A stretch of 64,000 nucleotides of DNA from Candidatus Bathyarchaeia archaeon (GCA_050014495.1 JBEKDF010000006.1:31115-95114); one strand, 5' to 3'. Shown: positions 10,587 through 20,942, counted from the stretch's first letter. The notes: generated by a model from the letters alone, not told the origin. Made by a program: numbers and translations.

Positions 10587-11504
10587 CTAGCTGAGCGTTT
10601 GAAGGAAGCTATCGGAGGCCTCCTTCATATTTCTAAGGATTGGCTCAACGAGTTCAGGGGCCGTTAAGCCAAAACCGCAGTCCGGATGTATGTATGCGAT
10701 TTTGTCAACACCTATAGTTCCCGCTATTTTCTTGAGCCGCATCAAAGCGACGTCAGAGTCCTCCAAGGATGTGTTGGAGATGAATCCTACTCCCAGCTTC
10801 TTCCCATCCTCTATTGATATTTTGGAGAGCATCTCCACGTTTTTGGACTCCTGAGCTCTACTGAAGCCAAAGCTAAAGATGTTCACACTCAGGCCAAGTA
10901 GTTCACTGATGATGCGGCCAACTGAGCCACATACATGGAGACTCACCCTACCCTCATCCACTGCACTATCTGGCAGTGACGATAGAAGCTGCTCGGTGTA
11001 TTTTGGGGACTCGAACTTAGCTGATAGGCCTGGCTCATCGATCTGTAATTGAGCCCCCACCTCAAGTGCCCTTCTAGCCAATGGAATCAGGGCGTCTGCA
11101 CAGTCCTTATATAAGGATTGATCTCTGATGCTACCGTAGCCACTCAACCCACCGATTGCGGATGTCATCCCCAGCGTGACTGGCCCCGTTAAAGTAATCT
11201 TGGCTTTAATGTCCCGCCTATTGAGGACATTCAAGTAGGATGTTACCAGACTGTAATCTCTGATTTTGTAGAAATCGTTCAGATCCTCCATGGGTCTAAT
11301 CTTACCTGATACTCTGAGGTCCCTGCTTCCTCTACCTAGACCAGGGATCTGTTCAAAGTACGTAATCATGTCGGCCCTCTGTTCCCCGTCGGTGACGACC
11401 TCTATCCCGTATCTGAGTTGAAGGTCGATTATTTCCCTGACCGATGATTCAAGGCTATTACCCAGCCTTGGGAAACTCCCTATCGTAGTCCTCTCGATCC
11501 CCAT
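10587..11504 (-). CDS. Core (single-domain) cobalamin-independent methionine synthase-like protein
   Basis: TTIGSFPR, TDGEQR, TGPVTL, QIDEP, HVC and PDCGF motifs; no N-terminal folate-binding half. Start placed at ATG 11504. Confidence 0.85.
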   Translation of the reverse strand: MGIERTTIGSFPRLGNSLESSVREIIDLQLRYGIEVVTDGEQRADMITYFEQIPGLGRGSRDLRVSGKIRPMEDLNDFYKIRDYSLVTSYLNVLNRRDIKAKITLTGPVTLGMTSAIGGLSGYGSIRDQSLYKDCADALIPLARRALEVGAQLQIDEPGLSAKFESPKYTEQLLSSLPDSAVDEGRVSLHVCGSVGRIISELLGLSVNIFSFGFSRAQESKNVEMLSKISIEDGKKLGVGFISNTSLEDSDVALMRLKKIAGTIGVDKIAYIHPDCGFGLTAPELVEPILRNMKEASDSFLQTLS

Positions 11505-11652
11505 TACAGGAAGAAGGCTCTTTGTGAAGCATAAAAGCGCGTGTGGTTTGGGACGCGCGACCAACACAAAATCCAAGTGTTTTCTAATAGCTATCCTAAT
11601 ATTCTCTGATTTATGATCAATCAACATTGGTTAGCAATAGGGTTGAGATTGC

Positions 11653-12351
11653 TTGAGAGGAGTTCAGGTCTACACTCATCACAATATTCGTTTCATAGCC
11701 TTACTCGTCTTCATACTACTCGCGACTGCGATATTCATCTTTCTAGGTGCCTTAGAATCCGCATTCTCAAGTTTAGGGATCAGCCCAGCCACCGTCTTAC
11801 TCATTCTTGCGGCCACACTAATCGGTAGTGCCATCAACATCCCAATATCCCATATTGAGGCTACGGTTCCGATTATAACCGAGGAGTATGTCAGCTTCTT
11901 TGGCCTTTCCTATAGGATCCCCCAAGTCGTGTACAGCAGAGCTGTAACTCTAGTGGCGGTGAATGTTGGTGGTGCCCTGATACCCTCAATCGTCTCCCTG
12001 TACCTACTGAGCAGGTCGGATGCGACGACTATCCTGTATGGGTTGGTTGGGATCGGTGTCGTGTCAATTGTGAGTCACATCTTCGCTAGGCCCGTTAGGG
12101 GCGTCGGGATAGCGATGCCACCTTTCGTAGCGCCTATCGCTGCTGCGTTGATGGCGATTGTTCTCCCCTCGTCCTCACCTTCCACCGTCGCCTACGTTTC
12201 TGGCGTGTTCGGTACACTGATAGGTGCTGACTTGACGAACCTAAGCGTTATACCCGAGCTCGGCTCCCCGATTGCAAGCATAGGTGGAGCGGGGACCTTT
12301 GACGGTGTCTTCCTCAGTGGAATAATTGCTGTGCTTATTGTTGGGCTATAA
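11653..12351 (+). CDS. DUF1614 membrane protein
   Basis: GSAINIP, AVNVGGALIP, GTLIGADL and SIGGAGTFDGVFL motifs. Confidence 0.88.
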   Translation: MRGVQVYTHHNIRFIALLVFILLATAIFIFLGALESAFSSLGISPATVLLILAATLIGSAINIPISHIEATVPIITEEYVSFFGLSYRIPQVVYSRAVTLVAVNVGGALIPSIVSLYLLSRSDATTILYGLVGIGVVSIVSHIFARPVRGVGIAMPPFVAPIAAALMAIVLPSSSPSTVAYVSGVFGTLIGADLTNLSVIPELGSPIASIGGAGTFDGVFLSGIIAVLIVGL

Positions 12352-12552
12352 CCAGTATAGTCCAGGTGGCATCGCGCTGCCAAAAATTCACTAAACCGGC
12401 GATCGCATCCATGAGGAGTAACTGAAGTCATATGTACTGATTTTAATAACTTCGCACCTACGATTCTGTATCCTGAAATAACGTATATAGTTGATTCAAC
12501 AACTGTATCCAATCAGTCTTTGTAAATCCAGTGTGTATTCTGGGATGAAAAA

Positions 12553-13344
12553 ATGGCTTCTCCAGACGTCACGGAAAAAGAGTCACAGGATGAGTTAGAG
12601 ACTACCCCCGAAACAATTCTGAGAGTAAGCGACCTCACCAAGAAGTTCGGAGACTTCACCGCGGTTGACCACATAAACTTTGAGATCCATAAGGGGGAGG
12701 TATTTGGGCTACTTGGCCATAATGGTGCGGGTAAGACAACGACGGTTAACATGCTCGCTGGTCTTAAGCTTCCAACTGAAGGCACGGCCACGATTTCTGG
12801 GTTCGACATAAGGAAGAGTCCCTTGGATGCTCGGATGAGGATCGGGTTCCTACCAGATAACCCGGGTAATTACCTCCACCTCACAGCAAAGCAGAACCTG
12901 GAATTTTTCGCCGAGCTTTCAGACCTAAAGAAGGATGAGGCTTCGAAGCGAATTGCTGAGTTGCTTGAGTTGGTTGGGCTGACAGAGTGGCGCGACAAGA
13001 AGGTGGGTGTATTTAGCAGGGGAATGAAGCAGCGCCTCGGACTCGCCCAGAGCCTAATGAGGGATCCTGATATGCTCTTCTTGGATGAGCCCACCCTCGG
13101 AATCGACCCCGAGGGAACAAGACAGATGCGTGGGTTGATTAAAAAATTAGCTGGAGAGGGAAAGGGCATTCTGATCTGCAGCCATTTACTGACCGAAGTA
13201 AGTAGGATCTGTAAAACGATAGCAATCATGAGGCACGGCAAAATAATAATTATGGGTACCATCCCGGAGTTGAGGAAGAAGCTTGGACTGGGTGATGATA
13301 TCGATCTGGAGGAAATCTTCATTCAAGTCCATGAGGGTGAGTGA
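12553..13344 (+). CDS. ABC transporter ATP-binding protein
   Basis: GHNGAGKT, FSRGMKQR, LDEPT, SH. Confidence 0.95.
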   Translation: MASPDVTEKESQDELETTPETILRVSDLTKKFGDFTAVDHINFEIHKGEVFGLLGHNGAGKTTTVNMLAGLKLPTEGTATISGFDIRKSPLDARMRIGFLPDNPGNYLHLTAKQNLEFFAELSDLKKDEASKRIAELLELVGLTEWRDKKVGVFSRGMKQRLGLAQSLMRDPDMLFLDEPTLGIDPEGTRQMRGLIKKLAGEGKGILICSHLLTEVSRICKTIAIMRHGKIIIMGTIPELRKKLGLGDDIDLEEIFIQVHEGE

Positions 13345-14316
13345 TTGCCGGGAATTCTCACAATCGCCAAGAAGGAGTTCATGGATCATGTCTCTGATCA
13401 GACCTTTCTGCTCTGCTTTGGAACGCTTCTCATCGTTATGGTTGCCTCAACGTTCTATCAGCTGGACTATATTCATCAGCAATGGGTCAACTTGGTTCCT
13501 AACGTGGGCTTTATTGAAAGCGAACTATGGAAGGATAATCAAAGCTCCGAGATGCTTCAGACCGTCTTAACTGAGAATATATCCTCCCTAGGCGCCCTTG
13601 TAGCCATCGCTCTGAGCTTCAACTCAATCAATAAGGAGCGTACAGAGGGGAGTCTAAAGGTCCTTCTCTCCTATCCTATTAGTAAAGCCAAGATAATTCT
13701 TGGTAAGCTACTTGGAGGAATCCTGGTCATCATCATAGTCGTCCTAACTTCTTTCGCCATTTCCTTGAGTATTGAGATGTATTCTTTGTCGATACCTCTC
13801 TCGGGGGAGGTCGCGCTTAGGCTGGCCACCATCATAGGGCTTGGGATAGTTCTCCTTGTGTTCTTCCTGTGCCTCGGCACAGCCGTGTCGATCGTTGTGC
13901 GAGACCCATCCACATGCCTCATAAGCCTGCTAGTCATCTCCACCCTCCTTCAAGTCAACACCATAGCAATGATCCTAGTGACAATTGGCAATATATTCCC
14001 AAGGTCCCTTACCATCAATGGGGGCCGCACCGGTCTACAGTACTCTCCAAGCACATATAGTTGGCAGAGACCCACGGTGCTCACGCTAATAGATAAAAAC
14101 TGGCTTAGGGTATCGCCTGTCCTCGCCTACCGCACTGTGTCCGATAATATATTTCACTTCCAGAACGTCTTCACTACGGGTGTAGTAGAGATCGTCCCAA
14201 TCGAATTCTGGTGGCTACTGCCTAGGAACATCAATCTCATGTATACGCCTGTCATCTACATGGTTGTAGCATTCCTGGCGTGCATAGTCCTCTTCCAATG
14301 GAGGGACGTTGATTGA
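13345..14316 (+). CDS. ABC-2/NosY-like permease
   Basis: IAKKEF start, SINKERTEGSLKVLLSYP...GKLLG, multiple TMs. Confidence 0.88.
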   Translation: MPGILTIAKKEFMDHVSDQTFLLCFGTLLIVMVASTFYQLDYIHQQWVNLVPNVGFIESELWKDNQSSEMLQTVLTENISSLGALVAIALSFNSINKERTEGSLKVLLSYPISKAKIILGKLLGGILVIIIVVLTSFAISLSIEMYSLSIPLSGEVALRLATIIGLGIVLLVFFLCLGTAVSIVVRDPSTCLISLLVISTLLQVNTIAMILVTIGNIFPRSLTINGGRTGLQYSPSTYSWQRPTVLTLIDKNWLRVSPVLAYRTVSDNIFHFQNVFTTGVVEIVPIEFWWLLPRNINLMYTPVIYMVVAFLACIVLFQWRDVD

Positions 14317-14363
14317 GTAGGGCTTCGCATTCGAGTGAGCGCGATGACTTGGGGGAGCCTTAG

Positions 14364-15266
14364 ATGCCGGGGATAATCACAATCATTAAGAAAGAGATCT
14401 CTGACGCGGTGACGAACAGGTCATTTTTACTCTCCTTCGGGATCCTCGTTCTATGCATGGTTATAGCAGGCTTCGCATCTGGAAACGCATTCAACTCACA
14501 GCGTTTCGTGGCATCTAAAGATAGGTTGCTGATTTTACGGGAGATCGCTCCAATCATCACTCAGCTAGGCGCGCTAGTATCAGTGGCCCTGGGCTTCAAC
14601 TCTATTAATAAGGAGAGACCTGAGGGGAGTCTCAAAGTTGTGCTATCCTACCCAATCTACCGGGATCAAATCATCTTGGGGAAACTCTTGGGCAACTTGG
14701 TAATTACCACAATAGCGACAACCGCTTCGATGGGAATATCTCTGGCGCTTTATCTGCAGATGACGAAGATTGTTCTGGACTCTGAGACGTTGGTCCGCTA
14801 TTCTACATTGATTCTTCTAGCTATACTTCTGCTTGGTGGTTATCTCGGGCTGAGTATCCTTCTCTCGGCCTCCATTGAGGACCCTAAGACTACGCTGTTA
14901 GTCACATTCCTCTTTTTGGGTATTTTCAACTCAGAAACCCTATTCTCGTATGGGCAGATCTTCTCCAACCTCGTATATGGTAACATACCAAGGGTTTGGG
15001 GACTCGGAGGATCCGTCCCAGTATACGCCCCAGCGAAGGCGCTTCAAGACTTTATATCCAGTCTCTCCCCAGCGTATGACTTTACAGCCTTCTCAACGAA
15101 TCTGAGTAATTATCTTCAGCCCATTACCACAAATGGGGTTGTGATCAACTCGAGTTTTTGGGATCTGATTACGAACAACCTCGTATACCTACCAATCTTA
15201 ATCGTTTTACCACTTGCTACCTTCATTGGTTGCTATGTAATATTCACGAGGACAGACATCTCATAG
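14364..15266 (+). CDS. ABC-2/NosY-like permease (paralogue)
   Basis: SINKERPEGSLKVVLSYP...GKLLG; C-terminal F..TDI. Confidence 0.88.
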   Translation: MPGIITIIKKEISDAVTNRSFLLSFGILVLCMVIAGFASGNAFNSQRFVASKDRLLILREIAPIITQLGALVSVALGFNSINKERPEGSLKVVLSYPIYRDQIILGKLLGNLVITTIATTASMGISLALYLQMTKIVLDSETLVRYSTLILLAILLLGGYLGLSILLSASIEDPKTTLLVTFLFLGIFNSETLFSYGQIFSNLVYGNIPRVWGLGGSVPVYAPAKALQDFISSLSPAYDFTAFSTNLSNYLQPITTNGVVINSSFWDLITNNLVYLPILIVLPLATFIGCYVIFTRTDIS

Positions 15267-15334
15267 AGATTCATCGATTATTCACACTTTTCGTTATGCA
15301 AATTCGTATATAACCAATTTGTGACTTACGCATT

Positions 15335-17137
15335 ATGGGTTTCTCTAGAAGTTTTGGTCAACCTAAGCGGAACCTAAGTAAAAATTTCCATTGTATGATT
15401 GCTTTCCTTTTCCTAATCGTGCTGATAGTTCAATTGACTGCGACAACGAAGGCTGATTCCTACAATTTCCATGGCATAATTGTGGATGAAGATGGCAGCC
15501 CGCTGTCAAATGTGGCGATTCAGGTCTATGATATGCTTAAAGTGTCAAGCCAGAATAGTCAGAACGGCTATTACGTAACGACTGCATTAACCCAAAGTGA
15601 TGGCTCATATAGGATAGATCTGTACAGTGGCACATTCAAACTTGTATTTGATAAGGATGGCTACGTGACGCAGACGAAGATATTGGGGTTCACCACTGTG
15701 CAAGATGTTGACCTCGGGAGTACTAAACTGATAAGGAGTGTCTCGGTCACACTGACTACAATCGAGCGGACGGCTTCTCCGGGATCGATCCTCATAGTTC
15801 CTATAACGATCGCTAATGTCGGAGACCGAGATGAATCTGTCCAGTTGATGACATTCAACAAGGCTAATTGGACCTCAACTATTCTGGATAATATAGGTGA
15901 GGTGGATGCCGTAACCTTGAAGGCTGGGATGTCCACGCAGTTGAACCTTAGGGTCATAATCCCCGTGGACGCTTCTGGGAGTACTATTGTTAATGTAACC
16001 GCAGTGGGTGCAGCTTCGGTCAAATCCTCCCTTAAAATCACTGTTGTAGGAGGATTTTCGCACTTTGTTACTTGTCAGTACCCATCGAGTGTGACCTCAC
16101 CTGGAGCGGAGGTTTCCTACAAGGTTGTTGTCACCAATCCTTATCCATACCCGGTTGAGGCGATGTTCACATTGAGTGGAGTATCGAATGATTGGAACCC
16201 GTTGATATTGAATGATGCGAAGACGGAGATTCAGTCCACGAACATAGCCAGTGGGGGGTCAAGTGAGATCACAATTATAGTTGATGTCCCGCAGACGATT
16301 ACTGCGAATACTACCGCTACTTTAGAGCTTCGGACCAGCCTTGGTGGACTACTTGATACTACTCCTCTAAGCCTCGTCGTTCAACATAGACTGTTGACGT
16401 TAGGTATCAAGACGAGTTACCCTATTCAAACAATAGAACTTGGTAAGACTGCATCGTTTCCAATCACATTGACTAACCCAGGGGAGACGGATGAGACTCT
16501 GAGTCTTTCTATGGATAACCTGCCGGCCAAGTGGAGTGGAAGCTTCACGACGGAAGATGGTGGGGCGATTCAGTCAATACTTATCGATGCCCGCTCGAGT
16601 GTGAATCTTTACGCTGTATTCAAACCCAACATCGATGCGGAGCCATTGGTCTATAACATCATTGTTAAGGCGATTTCAACTAATCTCAATGGGACCCTGC
16701 CTCTCAGAGTTGATCTGGTCGGGAACACGGATATGAAATTAGTAGTCGCCAACCTCTACGGCCAGATGAATGTGGGAGACACAAAGCAGATTCAGGTGAC
16801 CCTGGAGAACACAGGCTACTCAATCATCTCCTACCCTGTGTTACTCACATCAGCCTCCGTAGACTCAATTGTAGTCTCATACTCCCCAATCGACGTAATC
16901 ACGATTGCACCGGGTCAGTCACAGGTATTTACGCTCACAATTACTGCAAACGAGGGAACCGCCCAAGGTGATTATATCATTGAGGTCAGAGGGTCCAGCC
17001 CCCAGATTCTGACAGACCCTGTCGATATTCGTATGACAGTAGCTGCAAGCGGGTCACAAACGCTGATAATTGCAGGTGTACTCATCTTAGCATTTGCCTC
17101 AATACTGCTTGTGTATAGAAAATTTAGGAGAAGATGA
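15335..17137 (+). CDS. Membrane-anchored surface protein with carboxypeptidase-regulatory-like and repeated NEW3/Ig-like domains
   Basis: Signal peptide, beta-rich repeats (NxG...LP..W), C-terminal TM then KFRRR; follows the ABC genes. Confidence 0.75.
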   Translation: MGFSRSFGQPKRNLSKNFHCMIAFLFLIVLIVQLTATTKADSYNFHGIIVDEDGSPLSNVAIQVYDMLKVSSQNSQNGYYVTTALTQSDGSYRIDLYSGTFKLVFDKDGYVTQTKILGFTTVQDVDLGSTKLIRSVSVTLTTIERTASPGSILIVPITIANVGDRDESVQLMTFNKANWTSTILDNIGEVDAVTLKAGMSTQLNLRVIIPVDASGSTIVNVTAVGAASVKSSLKITVVGGFSHFVTCQYPSSVTSPGAEVSYKVVVTNPYPYPVEAMFTLSGVSNDWNPLILNDAKTEIQSTNIASGGSSEITIIVDVPQTITANTTATLELRTSLGGLLDTTPLSLVVQHRLLTLGIKTSYPIQTIELGKTASFPITLTNPGETDETLSLSMDNLPAKWSGSFTTEDGGAIQSILIDARSSVNLYAVFKPNIDAEPLVYNIIVKAISTNLNGTLPLRVDLVGNTDMKLVVANLYGQMNVGDTKQIQVTLENTGYSIISYPVLLTSASVDSIVVSYSPIDVITIAPGQSQVFTLTITANEGTAQGDYIIEVRGSSPQILTDPVDIRMTVAASGSQTLIIAGVLILAFASILLVYRKFRRR

Positions 17138-17260
17138 TTTAGAGAACGGCCACATGCACCTATTTCTAGTTAACATTAACCAGTTTTCTATCAGACTTCT
17201 CTTCTTGGCCTGTAATCAGTTTTTATCTTAGGTGCAGCTTCACCGTCTCTAAGTGACCCC

Positions 17261-18487
17261 TTGGACAAACAAAGGCAAATTGGTATCATGATACTGGCGA
17301 CCATCTGCATCACCTACCTCGTCGAGAACTTCCTTAGGAATGCGGCACCAGCTCTAACACCAGTGCTAATAACTGAACTCGGCATTAGCCGAGGGGCGAT
17401 GGGCTTCCTCATCACAGGGTACTATCTAATCTATGGCGTGATGCAGTTCCCAGCAGGTTTTCTAGAACACCTGATGGGCCCCCGAAGATCCATAATTGGG
17501 TTCACCGCTATGACGTGTATAGGCAGCATCCTATTCTGGATGAGCTACCGATACGAGCTCCTATTCGCTGCACAATTCATTATGGGTGTGGGAACAAGCG
17601 TATTCTACATAAACGCGGTAACGCTCATAACCCAATGGTTTCCACTCCAAAGAAGAGCAACTGCGATAGGCATCCTGAGCGCAAGCAGCGGCGTCGGCGC
17701 CTTCGCATGCTACATGGGGCTGCCCCTCGCATCCACACTATGGGGCAACTGGAGGACCCTCTTCCTCGTAATTATAGGTGTGCTAATCCTCAACTGGGCA
17801 ATGAACTATTTCATAATCAAAGACAGCCCCAATGACCCCGAACCCACCCCTAAGACTGGATTAAACATCAAAGCCTCCTTCAGAGAGGTACTATTCAATC
17901 GGGGATTCTACCCGCCTCTCCTCGGCTTCACCATGATGGGGTTCATCTTCGTCCTCTACTCTTGGATAAACCAATTCCTAATCGAGGACAAGGGCCTCAC
18001 TTACATTGAGGCGGGAACTGTGAGTAGCATCGGAACGATCGCCGGATTCCTCGGATGCCTACTGATAGGAGTAATCAGCGACAGGCTCAAGGGGAGAAAA
18101 CTGCCCGTCCTCTTATTCCTTGGGGCTGACCTCCTACTACTAGGTATACTGATCTTTCTTCCCGCCGAGCTCCCCCTAGCCATCTACGCCACAATCTGGT
18201 TCGCCATGGGCATATGCGGAAGTGTCTGGATCCTGTTCTTCAGCATGGTGAGCGAGGTCCTGCCACCAGAGAAGGCTGGGATTGGCCTAGGGATGCTAAA
18301 TGGGTTGAGTACAATTCTCTCAAGCCTAGCGACCCCCATCTATGGGGCTCTGGTAGATGTGACAGGCAGCTACTTGATACCCAACGGCATCTCGCTTGTG
18401 CTAGGTATATTAACCATGATAATACTCGCATTCACTATGAAGGAGACCTACAGTGTTACAGCTCTACCTACACCACCTTCAGATTGA
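17261..18487 (+). CDS. MFS transporter
   Basis: 12 TMs; QWFPLQRRATAIG; ISDRLKGRK. Confidence 0.9.
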   Translation: MDKQRQIGIMILATICITYLVENFLRNAAPALTPVLITELGISRGAMGFLITGYYLIYGVMQFPAGFLEHLMGPRRSIIGFTAMTCIGSILFWMSYRYELLFAAQFIMGVGTSVFYINAVTLITQWFPLQRRATAIGILSASSGVGAFACYMGLPLASTLWGNWRTLFLVIIGVLILNWAMNYFIIKDSPNDPEPTPKTGLNIKASFREVLFNRGFYPPLLGFTMMGFIFVLYSWINQFLIEDKGLTYIEAGTVSSIGTIAGFLGCLLIGVISDRLKGRKLPVLLFLGADLLLLGILIFLPAELPLAIYATIWFAMGICGSVWILFFSMVSEVLPPEKAGIGLGMLNGLSTILSSLATPIYGALVDVTGSYLIPNGISLVLGILTMIILAFTMKETYSVTALPTPPSD

Positions 18488-18603
18488 GAACCGTAGAAGC
18501 AGTGCATCGTAGGTGACTCGTGCAATATTCCAGAGTTTGATGTAAGACTCGCGCGATAAAAAAAATAAAATAGACACTCGAGTATTACTATTTGAGATTT
18601 GTA

Positions 18604-19086
18604 ATGATAGGTTCTGAGTTCCTGTTTTCCATATTCTTGTGGTTTGTGCGCGCGTTTCTATCCAGCATCGTTTGTTTGATTATTGGGCTTCTCGGGATGC
18701 GTATGCTCTCATTTGAGACGACGAGAATCAGAGAGTTCGAGAGTATCAAGGGGCACCCTCTCGCGACTAGCCTTTTCCTCGGTGGCTTCTTCGTGTATGC
18801 TGGTTTGGTAATTTATGGTTCGATGGTTAATCCATTCTTCTTATCGCAATCTGTTTCTTTAGGCACATTCTTTAACGTTGAGAGGTTCCTGATAGTGATT
18901 CTAAGCTTCCTTGTGAGCTTCATTTTCGGGAGTTTATTCTATTACGTATTCTCAAAACTCAAATTGTTCAATGTGGATTTAGATGATATTAACAAACATC
19001 CGGTTGCTGTTGGGGTTTTCCTTTTTTGTTACCAGGTATTCCTTGGTTTGATTATTTTAGCCAGCCTTAACATACCATTAGGATAA
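18604..19086 (+). CDS. Four-TM membrane protein with internal duplication (DUF350-like)
   Basis: Two similar halves (ESIKGHPLATSLFL / DDINKHPVAVGVFL). Confidence 0.6.
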   Translation: MIGSEFLFSIFLWFVRAFLSSIVCLIIGLLGMRMLSFETTRIREFESIKGHPLATSLFLGGFFVYAGLVIYGSMVNPFFLSQSVSLGTFFNVERFLIVILSFLVSFIFGSLFYYVFSKLKLFNVDLDDINKHPVAVGVFLFCYQVFLGLIILASLNIPLG

Positions 19087-19097
19087 ACCTGATAGCT

Positions 19098-19916
19098 ATG
19101 ACATTATTAAAAACTTCAACTGTCTTCTTCCTCATAATACTCATTTTTGTGCCTCAAGCAAAAGCGATTACCAGTGGTGGAGTGATCCCGCCAACATTCA
19201 CACACAAATCGGGAAATTGGTTCGACAGTTTCGGCCTCACACGTGACAACGCTGATGGAAACGATGGCTATCTCCCCAAACTCGAGTCGGAAACCATCGG
19301 AGTCAATAAGGAATTAGCGTACAGCATCGGTGAGAAATTCAAAGACTCGTACACTGACCGAAACGCGATAGCTGAGGCGATTCTGAAATATGTCCAGACT
19401 TGGACTCAGTACGGATACGACTCCGATAACGTTGTCATGGGAGGTGAGGCTCAGGAAGAGTGGGCTTGGAACGCAGATGAGATGGCACATAACTTCAACG
19501 AGACCACGGGTACGGTGGCTATCGGGGACTGTGAGGACTTGGCGTTTCTCTGCGCGACTATATATGATGGAGCCGGGTTCGAGACGGCTATGATTAGTGC
19601 TCCCGGGCATTGCGCGCTCTTGATATGGTTACCCGATTATCAGAATGCGAACGTGTACTGGACCCTATCCGATGATAGTCGGGGTGCAGGCTGGATCTGG
19701 GTGGAGTCGACAGGCTCTCAGAATCCTCTAGGATGGACCCCTTCTGACTTCTTTGACGGAGATTGGACAGCCTACACATTATCAAACGGTGTCTATAATG
19801 CACAGACACCAGTCGTATCCGATACTTCGTCTACAGGGGGATCTGATAACTTGGATTTACTCATAGCTATTGGATTCTTCATACTTGTCATCCTGTCCAG
19901 GATGTTTCGAATTTAA
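19098..19916 (+). CDS. Secreted, C-terminally anchored transglutaminase-like cysteine protease
   Basis: Signal peptide, GDCED, PGH and WVEST triad motifs, C-terminal TM. Confidence 0.75.
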   Translation: MTLLKTSTVFFLIILIFVPQAKAITSGGVIPPTFTHKSGNWFDSFGLTRDNADGNDGYLPKLESETIGVNKELAYSIGEKFKDSYTDRNAIAEAILKYVQTWTQYGYDSDNVVMGGEAQEEWAWNADEMAHNFNETTGTVAIGDCEDLAFLCATIYDGAGFETAMISAPGHCALLIWLPDYQNANVYWTLSDDSRGAGWIWVESTGSQNPLGWTPSDFFDGDWTAYTLSNGVYNAQTPVVSDTSSTGGSDNLDLLIAIGFFILVILSRMFRI

Positions 19917-20012
19917 CCCTTGACCTTTGGTTTACTCGCGCAATTTGAATGAGCCAAGCGTGCATTAGGTAACAGGCGTAAAGGTATTATCTAAATCGCT
20001 CATTATTACTCT

Positions 20013-20936
20013 GTGACTATTATGGACACTATGGAAATGATTGGAATAGTACTCGTCGTAGTTTTAGTCATTTTAGTCTTATACGCATTCTATTACCTAT
20101 CACGACGGAGTAAGAATAAACCAATAACAACAGCAACCCCCGAAATTAAACCTCAGAGCACGGTGAGTGAAGCCCCGAAGCCAGTGGTGCCAGTGAACCC
20201 AGCACCAGTGGTTGCACCTCAGAGCACGGTAAGTGAAGCGCCGAAGACAGTAATGCCAGTTAGCACAGCACCTATGGTTAAACCTCTGAGCACAGTTAGT
20301 GAAGCCCCGAAGCCAGTGGTGCCAGTGAACCCAGCACCAGTGGTTGCACCTCAGAGCACGGTAAGTGAAGCTCCTAAGGTAACGGAACCAGCTGACCTAA
20401 CCCCTATGGCTGTCGCTCAAACTACTAACCTTGAGACCTCCATGAAAGCTAAACCAAGTATAGAGGTCGAGACGAAGCAGGATGAAGTCCAAGGAGATAA
20501 CAAAAAATCAGCCCCTATTAGAAGGAATCGTGCATCTAAGATCATCGACATTGAGGGAATAGGCCCAACATATGCGGAGAAGCTCAATTCAATTGGCATT
20601 CGTACTACCGCTGATCTTTTGGAATCTGGAGCAACACCGCTTGGGAGAAGAGAGTTGGCTGAGAAAACCAGTATTTCACCGAAGTTAATTCTTGAATGGG
20701 TGAATCTCTCCGATCTATTCCGGATCAAAGGGATTGGTGAGGAGTACTCTGATCTTCTCGAAGAGGCGGGTGTCGATACAGTCGTCGAGCTGTCGCATAG
20801 AAACGCTACTAATCTTCATGCCAAGATCTTGGAGGTGAATGAGGCTAAGAAACTGGTGAGGAGACCGCCAAGTCAGGCAGCGATTGAGAGTTGGATAAAG
20901 GAAGCGAAGGAATTACCGAGAAAGATTGAGTATTAA
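20013..20936 (+). CDS. Membrane-anchored DUF4332 (helix-hairpin-helix) protein with a Pro/Val-rich repeat linker
   Basis: N-terminal TM, repeats, then IIDIEGIGP...DLFRIKGIGEEYSDLLEEAGVDTV. Confidence 0.88.
   Translation: MTIMDTMEMIGIVLVVVLVILVLYAFYYLSRRSKNKPITTATPEIKPQSTVSEAPKPVVPVNPAPVVAPQSTVSEAPKTVMPVSTAPMVKPLSTVSEAPKPVVPVNPAPVVAPQSTVSEAPKVTEPADLTPMAVAQTTNLETSMKAKPSIEVETKQDEVQGDNKKSAPIRRNRASKIIDIEGIGPTYAEKLNSIGIRTTADLLESGATPLGRRELAEKTSISPKLILEWVNLSDLFRIKGIGEEYSDLLEEAGVDTVVELSHRNATNLHAKILEVNEAKKLVRRPPSQAAIESWIKEAKELPRKIEY
20151..20378 (+). repeat. In-frame 66-bp tandem repeat, about 3.5 copies
   Basis: Units start at 20151, 20217, 20283 and 20349 and encode PQSTVSEAPK... 22-mers; units 1 and 3 are nearly identical. 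Confidence 0.95.
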
Positions 20937-20942
20937 TTTTTT
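20937..20942 (+). terminator. Oligo-T terminator candidate
   Basis: T6 immediately after the stop codon. Confidence 0.45.

Noticed and set aside
18646..18655. GTGCGCGCGT inside the DUF350-like gene as a deletion scar
   Set aside because: It lies in frame (VRA) in an apparently intact helix; treated as background and as a caution for the scar hypothesis.
20151..20378. CRISPR array
   Set aside because: The units are contiguous, in-frame coding repeats with no unique spacers.
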